In this document: in pieces, positions 1 to 13,113 of the stretch
Position numbering within the stretch: the stretch's first letter is position 1
How the letters are laid out: each line of letters opens with the position of its first letter
Source of the DNA: Lingula anatina
Taxonomy: Eukaryota > Animalia > Brachiopoda
DNA length: 64,000 bases
Direction of reading: 5' to 3'
Assembly: GCA_051362555.1 (NCBI GenBank)
Contig: CM120644.1
Coordinates: forward strand, 22,900,534 to 22,964,533
Position numbers and translations under genes: made by a program
The notes under the pieces: generated by a model
What the model saw: the letters and a program-made list of their open reading frames with translations, nothing else
Database searches by the model: none
What the model was told of the DNA's origin: nothing

Positions 1-1653
1 TTTGGCTTGAAACTTACAGAACTGATGAATATTCGTAATACGCAGGTCAAGTTCGAAAATCAGCATGATCGGGTCACTTATAGGGAATTTATGCTGTTTT
101 TTCCACTTTTTTCAGCATATATGCAGCACCGATAACACGATAAGTGGAAAACCATTTTACCTTTTGGTTTCAAACTTACAGAACTGATGAATATTCATAA
201 TACGCAGGTCAAGTTTGAAAATCAGCGTGATTGGGTCATTTTTAGGGAAGTAATGCTGTTTTTCACTTTTTTCAGCATGTATGCAACACCTTTGTGCTAT
301 ATGATGGTACTGTATGGATGGCAGTCTATAAAATTGTCCCTTGGGTGATCACTAATTAAATTAATGTCTATAAAGTCACTTGCCTACTCATTAATTTTCA
401 ATTGGCCATTAAATGAGATTACATAAAACACTCCTTGAGATTTCCCTGTAAAGTCCCATAGGTTTAGCTCTCTTAACTGTGTCACAAAATTAGGATTTGG
501 TGATAATTGTGCAGATAAATGGTGTTAAACATTGCAAATAAATTTACAACAAAAAGAATGTGTTATGCCAACATGCTATAGATGAATAACAGTGCTTTAT
601 TTTTCTCAAACTTGGTGGGGTTATTAATATCAAGTTAATACAGCTAGATTAAAAGTTTGAATAGCAGCTTTATTGGAATTTTTTACTTTTTTTTTTAAAT
701 TTTTTTTAAATTATTTTTCAAACACTAGCATCTTCAAGATGTGATTTTTTACTCCCATCCACCAGAAGTGCTGTGCATTTTCTGTATTTTTGTATATAAT
801 TGTTATTTCTTCAGATTTAATTCTTAGGCATGTTAACAGTGTCATTATGGAACTAATAAGATATGTAAAAGTGTTGTTTTGACATTTTCTGCTTCTTAAC
901 AATATTGTTGATTATATAAAAATGACGGTAAACCTGTTATAATATTGTGCATTGTGTAATAAAGTATCATAAATGGAAAGGAACTCATCATTGCAGTTTG
1001 TCAGATTTAATCATTCACTATGTTCAGCATCTGCAAATGGAGCAAATTGGACATTGAAAATTGTTCTATTGATAGTTTTCCTATGTCAACAATTTTCCTA
1101 GTTGAACATTTAAAAATGACAGTTTATTGATCATTTTGTTTTAAAAAAGGTGTTGAAAATGGAAAGAAAATCATTTCAGTACAGTTATCTCTTGTTTACA
1201 TTTTGGCATTTTGAAAGTGTGACTCTGAACTTCCATGGCCTTGAAGACCTTCCCAAATCACATTTTCTGAATATTCATGATACTTTTATTTTTTTATAAA
1301 AAATTTGATGTTCATTATGCTGTTAAGTATTATGGTTTATTGCATGAAAGTTGAAGAAAACCCTATTTTGGACACTGCTGCCAGGATAGCGGTTAAGGGA
1401 AAACCATGTTACTCACGATACTGAAACTTACTGAAAAGTTTCGTAAGTCAGAAGTGCAGCTTGTGTTTAAAAGCCAGTGTGATTGTTTTCTGTTTTGGAG
1501 GCAATGCAGGTTTATAGAGTGCTATACTGGCATTTTCAAGTCGTGACTTATCACTCCCATCTGCCAGGAGCCCTGTACTCTTACTTTGTAACATTTTCTG
1601 TATTTTGTTAAGTTACAAGAATGATTCTTAGGATTGACATACAGCAAAAAAAA

Positions 1654-1729
<76 letters not shown>

Positions 1730-4016
1730 TGAGTTTAAGCAATTTTTTTTGTGTTTAATTTTCACTGTACCTCATTCTGGCATTTCCAAAGTTTAACTCT
1801 TATCAGCCTGACAACTTAGGGACTATTTCCAGACCCTATCATGCTAACTGTGGATCGATCTATCTCCATGGGAATTCTCGCTAAATTGCAATCAATGTAA
1901 GTGGCTTAGTTGTCTGTCACGCCTACTGAAACTGGCATGCCAGAATCCTAAGACTCTCAAACTGAAAGCAATTTAGTGAGAAACCCCTTGGAGTTGGATT
2001 GATCCTGTTAGATTGATCTAGGTATGGGAACTTAGTCTAATGCTTGATACACATTTTACTTTCATCCTAATCCAATGTTATGCAGAATAAGAATTTGATT
2101 TTGGCTATGCATTTACAGTTAGCATAATACATTAGTTCATCAGAATTGACAGTATCCTATTTCCTGCGTTTTCATTTTCTGGTTTTTGTCTGTACATTTG
2201 ACAGCTTTGCTGCCTTGTTTCTTTCTCTTCTTCTTCTTTACTTTTATTTATTTATTTCATTTTTTTTTTTTTGGGGGGGGGGGGGGGGGGAGCGGTGTAA
2301 AGGTTTTTTCCACCCAGTACTTTTATTCCATCCGGTACTTTTATTAAATTTCGAGATTTTTTCCACACAGTACTTTTATTCCATCAGTACTTTTATTAAA
2401 TTTTGAGATTTTTTTCCACCCAGTACTTTTATTCCATCAGTACTTTTATTTGATACTTCAGAGTAGGCTTTTCATAAAACTCACAGAACATATGATTATA
2501 AGTAAAAGAATGGTCAAGATTGAAAATCAGCATGACCAGGCAAATCAGCATGACCAGGCCCTTTTCTTTCAAATGTTATGCTGTTTTGTTTTTTTTTTTC
2601 AGCATATAAGTAACACTGTAAGCACATTTCAGGGAGAACCAATAAGCCTGTTTTCATGAAACTCACAGGAGTAATCAATGTTATCTATATACAAATCAAG
2701 TTTAAAAATAAGATTGATTGGTTGAGTTTTGAGGGACTTCAGCTTTTATTTGTATATAAGTGGTTTTCCTCAGATTTGATTGTCAGGCATGTTGACAGTT
2801 TCGTTATTGAACTAACTAGATATGTAAATATGTTAGTGTTTGTCTGAAATTTTCTGCATCTTTACAACATTGCTAGTTGATTAAATAAATATGACGGTAA
2901 ACATGTTATCATGTACTGTGTAATACAGTGTCTCAAAATGGAGGAAATGGGGTGATTATTTTCAAAAGTTTTGCATTTTTTTTCTCCTTTTTTCAGTGTA
3001 CATGCAACACTGTAAACACACGTCAAGGAGAACCAATAGGCCTGTTTTCATGAAACTCAGAGAACTGATGATTATTAGTAAATTAAAAAGAATGATCAAG
3101 ATTAAAAATCAGCATGACCAGGCCCTTTTCTTTCAAATGTTATGCTGGTTTTTTTTTCAGCATATATGTAACACTGTAAGCACATTTCAAGGAGAACCAA
3201 TAAGCCTGTTTTCATGAAACTCACAGAACTGATGATTATTAGTAAAAGAATGGTCAACATTGAAAATCAGCATGACCAGGCCCTTTTCTTTCAAATGTTA
3301 TGCTGTTTTTTTTAAGCATATAAGTAACACTGTAAGCACATTTCAGGAAGAACCAATAACTTAAAGCATGTTTTCATGAAACTCACAGAACTAATTATTA
3401 TGATTAAAAGAATGGTCAAGATTGAAAATCAGCATGACCAGGCCCTTTTCTTTCAAATGTTATGCTGTTTTTTTTCAGCATATAAGTAACACTGTAAGCA
3501 CATTTCTGGGAGAACTGATAGGCCTGTTGTCATTAAACTCACAAGAGTGATCAATGTTATCTATATACAAATCAAATTTAAAAATAAGATAGATTGGTTG
3601 AGTTCTGAGGGACTTCAGCTTTTATTTGTATATAAGTGGTTTTCCTCAGATTTGATTGTCAGGCATGTTGACAGTTTCGTTATTGAATTAACTAGATATG
3701 TAAATATGTTAGTGTTTCTCTGAAATTGTCTGCATCTTTACAACATTGCTAGTTGATTATATAAATATGACGGTAAACATGTTATCATGTACTGTGTAAT
3801 ACAGTGTCTCAAAATGGAGGAAATGGGGTGATTATTCTCAAAAGTTTTGCATTTTTTCTCCTTTTTTCAGTGTACATGCAACACTGTTAACATATTTCAA
3901 GGAGAACCAATAAGCCTGTTTTCATGAAACTCACAGAACTGATGATTATTAGTAAAAGAATGGTCAAGATTGAAAATCAGCAAGACCAGGCCCTTTTCTT
4001 TCCAATGTTATGCTGT

Positions 4017-4063
<47 letters not shown>

Positions 4064-5360
4064 CAGCATATATGTAACACTGTAAGCACATTTCAGGGAG
4101 AACCAATAACTTAAAGCCTGTTTTCATAAAACTCACAGAACTGATGATTATTAGTAAAAGCATATTAGTAACACTGTAAGCACATTTCAGGGAGAACCGA
4201 TAGGCCTGTTGTCATTAAACTCACAAGAGTGATCAATGTTATCTATATACAAATCAAATTTAAAAATAAGATTGATTGGTTGAGTTTTGAGGGACTTCAG
4301 CTTTTATTTGTATATAAGTGGTTTTCCTCAGATTTGATTGTCAGGCATGTAAACAGTCTCATTATTGAATTTACTAGATATGTAAAATGGGTTGTTTGAC
4401 AATTTCTGCGTCTTGACAATATTGCTAGTTGATTATATAAAAATGGTGGTAAACCTGTTATCTTGTATTGTGTAAAAAAAGTGCCAAAATGGAAATGAAC
4501 TCGTATCATTGTAGTTTGTCAGATTCAATCATTCACAATGTTCGGAATGGAGGAAATTGGACATTTAAACTTGTTATATTGATATTTTTGCCATCTCAAC
4601 AATTTTCTTAGTTGATCATGTGAAATGGCAGTAAACTGTATTATTTTATGTAAAAAAGTTAAAAATGGAAAGAAACCCATTTCAGTACAGTGCTCTCTTG
4701 TATACATTTAGCATTTTCAAAGTATGACTTTGGAGTTCCATGAACCTGAAAACCTTTGCTAGTCACATTTTCTGAATATTCATGATACTAATATTTTATT
4801 ATAAAAAATTGATGATCATTATGCTGTTAAGCATTATATAATATTGCATCAAATTGGAAGAAAGCACAATTTTGGGTGCTGCTGGCATGATGTCCTCAAT
4901 TGTAAAATTGTGTACTGTTCAAGTCTGTATCCAATGGACGACACTTTGTGTTATCAAAATACAAAATTCATGATAATAAAAGAGTGCTAAATAGAAAATA
5001 AGCATTATGAAAATAAAATGTTTGAAAACGAATTTCTTTGGTCTTTTATTTTATTTCATCAGTATCCTTTCTTTTCCTAAATTAATTGATGTTTTATCTC
5101 ATAATCTTCAATTCTAAAAAAGTGGCAAAGCCCAGCATTAAATATTGTATAACTGTTCATTTAATCATCACCTCTGGTGTTATTTTGGAATTTACCTTAA
5201 ATATGAAAGAATTTCATAAAAATGTGAATTGCTGCAAAGTAACGCTATATAAAATTTGCTTTGCATTAAAAGTACAATCATTATTACATGTAGATGCATG
5301 CATGTCCTCGGTTGTAATGTGTAGTGTCTGTCCGTGTGTGTGTCCGTGTGTGTCCTCGGT
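1..5360. repeat. Complex AT-rich tandem/higher-order repeat region (about 120-bp subunits), possibly the interior of a non-autonomous element
   Basis: Recurring unit 'aaactcacagaactgatgattattagtaaaagaatggtcaagattgaaaatcagcatgaccagg' at about 10, 173, 2477, 3052, 3217, 3379, 3927 and 4128. Larger blocks recur (about 2650-3010, 3535-3900, 4217-4500), and 780-1380 is similar to 4310-4885. A (GTCC/GT) microsatellite lies at about 5325-5356. Confidence 0.75.
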
Positions 5361-5541
5361 TAGAATGTAAAATTCTTGTCAGCAAAAAATTAAATTTTAT
5401 AAAAAATTAATTTATAACATTCATACTCGAATAGATTTTACCCTAAATTGAATGTTTTTATTTTGATTTAACCAAGGAATAAGATGTCCTCGGTTGTATG
5501 GTGTTGTGCTGATGTCCTCGGTTGGTACACATAGACAAGTA

Positions 5542-5599
<58 letters not shown>

Positions 5600-5924
5600 G
5601 AAATGAAATAATAACACTAAAGTACAATAACATTATAACATATAACAGAATAATAACATTAAAGTAGAAAGCCATTTATTCAGGGATTGAGGTTACCATG
5701 GGGAAGAATCACAAGGGATATACATGTATGATAAAGGCATGTCATAGTTTTAACATCGTAACTATGTATGCTTGGTAATAAGTCTTATGCTCTTTGGGTC
5801 AAATAAATGAGGTTTTGTAATTAAATTTCCGTTTTAGATTCCGCTAATCCGATAACTTTGAGGTGGGTCTGATTTATAATCCTATCAAAAACTCAGATTG
5901 TTAATTTAAATACAAATATTCTAG

Positions 5925-5981
5925 GTTCCGACTCCCGAGAGTGGCCGGACCAGCCCGAGTGTGACGCCACGTGCACTGGGG
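5925..5981 (+). CDS. Probable internal coding exon of the WxxW-domain gene (SDSREWPDQPECDATCTG)
   Basis: ttctag|GT...GGG G|gtaacc; a 57-nt phase 1-1 open exon in a GC-richer island, phase-compatible with the 6658 exon. Confidence 0.5.
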
Positions 5982-6657
5982 GTAACCAATCAAGGACACG
6001 AGAATGTCTGCCAGCCGGAAGTGTGTGTACCGGAAGTACCGTGGAGAAGCGTGGACCGTGCTGTGGCTTTCGCTGTGCGTAAAATAGATTGTCTCGTAGT
6101 GCTTGAATAGTCGGTTAAAAATCGCGTTTCGTTTTCTTTTGTGTGGACATGGTAAAAAAGGTTGATTTTAAGGTAGAGGGTGAAAGAACCGAGCTTTTTA
6201 CCGTAAAGATCAGCTCCAAATCAATAGTTGATCTACATGTAAATTGAATGCCAATTCTCTGGCTGGGTCAGCTAAGTTCACTAAAAAAATTCCTCTGAAA
6301 TAGCTGTCTTCAGGCAATCTGTCACACACGTTCTATAGACATAGACATAATGATAGAGAGCTACAGACAGGTATTAGAATTGACTACCTCTTAAAAATAA
6401 TCTTTGAAATGTTCTGAATCATTAATGAAAGGTCGCATTCAAAGGTTGTTTCGCGGACTAACTGATCCGAGGATTACATATGGCCTATCAACTTGAATGT
6501 TTGCTGCAAATCCCTTAATAAACACCAAAAATATCACCCACGGGCTTTATGCGACAAGCTTTTAAGTGGGTTCAACTTTCGTAGTATATGGGCCCTAGGT
6601 TTTGAACTATGACGTGAGGGTTTATTTTTGTACATGTAATAAACTTTCTCCCCTCAG

Positions 6658-6731
6658 GTCAGTACTGGACGGACTGGATGGACAAGGATGACCCCTCTAA
6701 GGACGGGGACTGGGAGGTGGACGAGACGCCG
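6658..6731 (+). CDS. WxxW (Mucin2_WxxW/CILP-type) domain, N-terminal exon (QYWTDWMDKDDPSKDGDWEVDETP)
   Basis: Acceptor ccctcag|, donor |gtaggt; matches the W-T-x-W-x-D-x-D-x-P-x-x-x-G-D-x-E signature. Confidence 0.8.
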
Positions 6732-7196
6732 GTAGGTCAAAGGTCGTCTGCTCAAATGCAACGCTAAACACATTTTATATGCATTGTTGGATATGCGTAC
6801 TTATTTTGAAAAGGTGTCAGTTCGGAATGTACTCTGTAGATATGTATAACATTCATAATAGGTGTCTTTTTCGTAAACCTCATTAAAACATTGTACTTGA
6901 AGATGCCAAAGTAAAATAGACTAAATGAACAGAGGGCGACACCAGTGAAACTCTTTGGTTTTTTTCCTAAAGCTAGCTCTAGGCTTTTGCATTATGTAAT
7001 CACATTTCTAACTTCACTCACTTTCTCTTACATCTCTCACTATTAAAAAAGTTTAATCTACATTAACAATTACAAACGTTTTGACAGAGTAGTTCAAAGT
7101 AACAACTGACAGATGTATTAGATATAAAACAATGTTCAAGTTATAATTGAAATACACATGTTGCATTTTAATTGTTTATTTACCGTTCACTACCAG

Positions 7197-7412
7197 TGTG
7201 CCGCTGCTGCCTTCTTATCCGAGCCTATTATTGCCGAGTGCCGCGTAGTGCAAACTGAACAACCCTGGGACGCAATTGGCCATCAGTATTTCCTACCCTG
7301 CTCTGTCTACGGGATCGTCTGCAGGAACGTCGAGAACGAGGTCAATTGGAGGGAAGGGGACCCCCCGGCGTGCCCGGACCTGGAGATAAGATATCTTTGT
7401 CGGTATCTTTGA
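7197..7412 (+). CDS. WxxW domain C-terminal part and last coding exon (CAAAAFLSEPIIAECR...CSVYGIVCRN...CPDLEIRYLCRYL*)
   Basis: Acceptor taccag|TGT is in phase 0 with the previous exon. The Cys pattern P-x-x-x-E-C-R...C...G-x-x-C-x-N...C-x-D-x-E-I-R-Y-x-C is typical of WxxW domains. TGA at 7410-7412, AATAAA at about 7512. The 5' part of the gene was not found in the window. Confidence 0.8.
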   Translation, partial: CAAAAFLSEPIIAECRVVQTEQPWDAIGHQYFLPCSVYGIVCRNVENEVNWREGDPPACPDLEIRYLCRYL

Positions 7413-8912
7413 AATTATGATCCACGGACATTCTCTTACAAGATGAACTCTTGAACGGAATATATCTGTATCTTTGAATCCTTTGTATTTAGACTTTAAA
7501 ACAGCTGAGAAAATAAACAAACGGGAGGGTTATTTGGGCTACAAAAAGGAAGATAACTTAAGCACACCATTTTGACGTACAAAACGGCTCGTACTGGGGG
7601 TGAGCCGTTTTTCTTTACATGAAGCTCTTGCAACTGTTGCTAACATTCATTTAGGCTATGTCAAATGAGAGCTAAAAACTCCTCCCCACATCTCCGACAT
7701 TCGACTTCAAAACCCTCCATTGTGTCTTTAGACCATCACGTCACTAGTGTGTCTTAGATGTGACCCCACCCGACCCCCTGGGCGATAATGGGTCCGGCAG
7801 TGGTGCGTTTCTATGATGAATGTTGCACATGTGGGGATCCATATATACCTTGATTCTTTTGATTACTATCGCAGCTTCTATATTTTTATGATTTGTTTTT
7901 CACAGATAAATAAATAATATTATATAATGCAAAAGAGAAACAGTGACTTATATGCCTAAATTGATGTGGAATTTGTATCAATGCTTGTATGAATGGAGTC
8001 GGAGATAGTTGAGTATTTTCATCAGAACGTGCTATATATAGTCGTGTCACAAATAGGGTTAAACTGGGAATCAGACCTATAATATGGATATCAAGATCCC
8101 GTGAAACTTGCGATTATAAAGACTGACACAGAGCGCACACCTGTATCAGTCATTTTATGCTACTAAATTGAAAATGTATCTTTTTTTATTACGAATTTAC
8201 ATTACCGGCAGTCTTAATGAACTCCTGCGCCAAAAGTACAGTCAACAGAGGTATTCCTGGCATTTTTTTACGGTCAGTTAACGTTAAATAATTTGTGCAC
8301 GCAGCAACTACATTTCTAAATTGCCTCTCGTCTTGTCCATAGCCTAATGTAGTCAAATGTTGGTTGATTGTGAGAGAAAAAGAGACATTTAGTGATATTT
8401 GAACTGTTAAAGCCGAGACGAAAACCCAAGTTGCTTTTCTAATCTGGCACTGAACTTTTGGACCTTGCCCCGCGGAAGGTCAGACCACTTCCTTCTTCTA
8501 CATGTTGTTTATCCCTCACAAATGCCAATCATTCAACAGACGAAAATATCGTGAATAACCCTTCGTTTTACATGTACAAGACCCACAATGTCGATTCATC
8601 AGGTCTTCTCAAATGAAATGTTTAAACTTTTTCCACGTGAATTTATGTGTGGTACGTTGCAGGTTACTTATATTCAGATAGGCCTACTGTTAAACACTAC
8701 TAAATGCAACATAATTCCAGATACCCTACTTCACTTAATCCAAGCATTTAAACAAGCAGCGTGCTACTAGACTTGGAGCAAACATTCTTATCAAACTTGA
8801 CTGATTTTGTTATATTGTAGCTGTACAACCAACACCTAATACCATCTGCCGGGTCGTACATTTAATGTTACAGCTGGGATGTACCCGCAAGAAAACGCAG
8901 TAGATACTCCAG

Positions 8913-9005
8913 CGCAGTAGACTACTGCAATCATACTGCAAACCGCAGTAGACTACTGCAATCATACTGCAAACCGTAGTAGACTACTGCAATCATACTG
9001 CAAAC
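8913..9005. repeat. 31-bp minisatellite, 3 copies, each with an internal hairpin GCAGTAG-A-CTACTGC
   Basis: 'cgcagtagactactgcaatcatactgcaaac' starts at 8913, 8944 and 8975. Confidence 0.85.
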
Positions 9006-9669
9006 ATGCTTCAAAACTGCTTCGATTTGGGAGCTAATTAGCCTATTTGAAACATGCTTCTATCATGCTGCTAGGGTTGGCTTTGCATCTGCGGACCCTC
9101 CACCCCCCCCCCACTCCACCCCCTTTCAAATAATCCTGGATCTGCCCCTGAATATTTTGTTTGAGTACATTGAGCTATCAACTCACGATTAAACAAAGGA
9201 AGAACACATTCACGAAAACTGCCGTTGCTACAGTTGAGACAGGACATCACATTTTTGTCATCCAATCACAACTCCGTTAAAAATAGCCGTATGACGAGCA
9301 GTGCGGATTTCCCCAACAGTAGGCCTACGTACCACCTTGGGATTTTCAACCTTATTTTAACCACGGCAATCAAATACATAGACACGTAAAGCGAGGCAGG
9401 TTGTTGTTATTTACGATTCATAGTTGGTTGGGTTTATATCGCACACGGTCAAGAGTTAGAGGAGACGGAGGGAGGCTGTCTATTTGACCACTGTAGTCAC
9501 AGGTGTGGTGGAGATATACGTGGGTCCCACGGCCACAGGTAAAATAAGATCTAGGTCAAGAGGAAGAGACACCTACAGGTACACGTTGTGTCTTTTTTTT
9601 TTTTTTTTTCACATCGAGCCATGGGGTGTGGAACTGGGTGTGGGTGCAGTTTCCTGAACCTCCCCAGTT

Positions 9670-9705
<36 letters not shown>

Positions 9706-10189
9706 TCAAGTGACAGGGACATTGGGACCTGGTAGTATAGGATATTTTTTATTCGGTAACAGATACTGTATAGTTATATTGATATTGGCAGATATGTTTG
9801 GCTGACCTCAGAGAAAGAGATATCATATCTGCATCCTAGCTGCTAGGTGACAGGGTTTCTGATTACACATCTTTATATATATATATTGATACACTTTACC
9901 CACATATGGCAATTTTTAATTTGTTTGGAGAAATATCAATACATTAAGATAATTGATAAAGTTGAAATACTCAATATATAGGTACAAAATTGTAATGAAT
10001 TGGGGAAGCGATTTATAGTAACGCATAGGTGTGTGTGTGGAGGGGGTATAACCTATCGAAGCTATATGTTACTCTATATATGTAGGCAAACCAAGGTGGA
10101 TTAGGGGAACAAAAGACGGGGTCAGCATTAGTTTGAGTGTCATACACCCACGCCTCGCTTACATGTACTCTCTACCAGGGTGGCATATG

Positions 10190-12109
10190 TAGTCCGGTGG
10201 CTTAAGGAAAAAATCGTGACACGACGGATAAAAGCACCAAATTTTGCATGTGGGTACCTTTTGACATACTAAATCAAGTTAGAGCCGTAGCCCTCTCAAA
10301 CAATTTACCGTTTGGTCAAAAAATCCAAAATGGCCGCCAATTTATGGAATTCTTTAGAAATATGTACATACCCATGTTGATTTTTATCAAATAAATTATT
10401 TTCTCAGAGTTTTCCACACCCTAATTACCCATTTTATTCATATATATCAGACAGCAAATAAGTTCCCTCGGACTTTTTGAAAAAATCCAAGATGGCTGTC
10501 ATATGTCATAGAAATAGCCATAGGAATACTAGTGCACAACTAATACCAGCTAGAAAGATACGTTGTCCACTATTAAATTAAGTCTGTTTCTCAGATTTTT
10601 GTTACCCACATAATATGTTTGTGGTGAGTAACTACGAAGTGTTCTTGGGCATTTTGGAAAATCCAAGATGGCTGCCATGTGCCACAGGAATTCTAGTATA
10701 TGAAGGATTCAACTAATGGCAACTGGAAAGATTAATTTTCCACTATCAAATTAAGTTTGTTTCTGAGTGTTTTCCACATCCTTTCCACCCACACAATATG
10801 TATTTGGTGAGTAACTAACATGCATTCTTGGGCATTTTGAGAAAATCCAAGATGGCCGCCATATGTCATAGGAATTCTTCTAGTATTACAAAGGGTTAGA
10901 ACTAATGCCAGCTAGGAAAAACATAATTCACTATCAAATTCAGTTTATTTTTTCAGTGTTTTACACATTATTATTACACTGTGATACATATCTAGCAGGT
11001 AATAAATGTGCATATTTGATCATTTGAGAAAATCCAAGATGGCCATCATTGGCCATAGGAATACTACTGGAATTAAACTGCACATCCATGGCTTTTCATC
11101 TACTACCAGGGTGAAATTGTGTTTGTTTATCAAGTTTTGCCCATCCTTATTAGTCCTATGATAAATATATTGTGGGTAAATAGTGTGCATCCTTGGATAT
11201 TCTGAGAAAATTTAATCCAAGATAGCTACAATCTGACATAGGAATACTAATGGGTGGGTTTCAGTTGCTGCATGTGGTTCATTATACGATAACATTACCA
11301 TGGGTTTGTTTTAAAAACAATTTACGTTTTTCTTTCCATTTATTATTACCCCTATGATGTATACCTCATCTGTAGCATGTGTGTATATTTGGGTATTCTG
11401 AAAAAATTCAAGATGTCTGACTTTTGTCATTAGAATATTCGTACACATAATCAAATAATGCCAGAGATACACAGAGTACAATTTAGATGTAGTTAACTTT
11501 AGATTGTTTTAAATGTTTTCCCTTTCATACCCTATTTATCTTTTTGAAAGACTCTGTGTGTGTAAAAAGTGTATGTATCCTCGAGTACTATTCAGAGAAA
11601 ACCCAAGTAAGCTGCCAGTTGCGATAGGAATATGTCTTTCAAATGCACATAGGTGTCAATTAATTAATGGAACATTTCAGACATTGATTCCAACATGAAA
11701 TAAAGTCGTTTGATGTTCAAACATGTTGACATCCTTATTATCTTACGCTATATGAATCTGGTGTGTAGCAAGTGTGCATCTTGCGTATTTGAGAAAATTC
11801 AAGATTGCTGCAATTCACAATAGGAATAGTACAGTCAACTAGTGCCAGAGAGACATTGGGTTCAATATAAAATGAATTTTGTCTCTCGGTATTTCCCACA
11901 TTCTTTTTGGACTTTGAGATATCTGTCTGGTGGGTAACAAGTGTGTACCCTTAAGTATTTTGACAAAATATCATAATCACCCTGATTTGCCTTAGAAGTG
12001 CCTATAAAATCCAATGCACCAGTTTTCCTATGGGGAAAAGAAGGCCATCTTTGATTTCCCCAAAATTATCAAATATGGACATTAATTACCTAGCAGATAT
12101 GTATCATGG

Positions 12110-12164
<55 letters not shown>

Positions 12165-12929
12165 GAAAAACAACTGAATTTAGCTTCATTTTATATGGAA
12201 GCCTACCTCTCGCAGGTATTAACTTAACCCCACCTTCTATGGCTAATGACAGCCATTTTGTTTTGTTTTGTTTTCAAATAGGATACACATAACATTCTCA
12301 TCATATATATATATTGTGTGGATTAAAAAGATGTAGAAAATACTCAGAAACAAATCTAATTTATCAATTTAAATTATATCTCCATGGCAGAAGAAGCCCT
12401 ATATGTATACTATAGTGTTCCTTTGATATGGCGGCCATATTGGATATTTCTCGAAATGCTGAGAATAAAGGTTAGTTACTCACCACAAATATATTATTTC
12501 TGTAATAAGGCACTCAGAAACAAACTTAATTCAATTGTGGGCAATGCATCTTCCTAGTTGGCATTAGTTGAAAACCCCTGTACATGTTCTAGTATTCCTA
12601 TGCCATACGGTGGCCATCTTGGATTTTTCAAAAAGTCCAAGGACACTCGTTTGTTATCTGACATATATGTATAATATGGGTAATAAGGATGTGGAAAACA
12701 TTGAAAAATACTTTATTTGATAAAAATTAACATAGGTATATGTATATTTTCTACAGAATTTCACAAATTGGCGGCCATTTTGGATTTTTTTGGCCTAACG
12801 GTAATTTTTTTCCGTGGGCTACGGCTCTAATTTGATTAAGTATGTCAAAAGGTACCCACATGCAAAATTTGGTGCTTTTATCCGCCGTGTCACGATTTGG
12901 CCATTTTTTTGCCCTAAGCAACCGGACTA
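10190..12929. mobile_element. Non-autonomous DNA transposon with long terminal inverted repeats (TAGTCC...GGACTA ends; Academ-like by termini)
   Basis: Left end tagtccggtggcttaagg...cgtgacacgacggataaaagcaccaaattttgcatgtgggtaccttttgacatact is the reverse complement of 12840-12929. Inverted similarity extends several hundred bp. Internal subrepeats carry 'aaaatccaagatggc'. No transposase ORF; TSD imperfect (atg/ata). Confidence 0.8.
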
Positions 12930-13113
12930 ATATTATAGGCACATATTTCACATTTCGAGTGACAGAGATCCAAATGACAGGCTGTTTATCTAAGGACACA
13001 TCTGTGAATATCTTTTGAAAAATAATATGTGGCCTTGGTATAGAGTATGTCACGCTTGGGAGGGGTTGACACGATGACGGGGTCGAGGATACGCTGTAAA
13101 AGGTATGGGTAAT

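Noticed and set aside
8913-9005. Palindromic 31-bp repeats as a CRISPR array
   Set aside because: Head-to-tail copies with no unique spacers, no cas genes, and eukaryotic context.
12030-12227. ORFs with poly-I, YIYI, HTHT, SLSL or poly-K tracts throughout the window
   Set aside because: Translations of (AAT)n, (TA)n, (CA)n, (GA)n and poly-A microsatellites.
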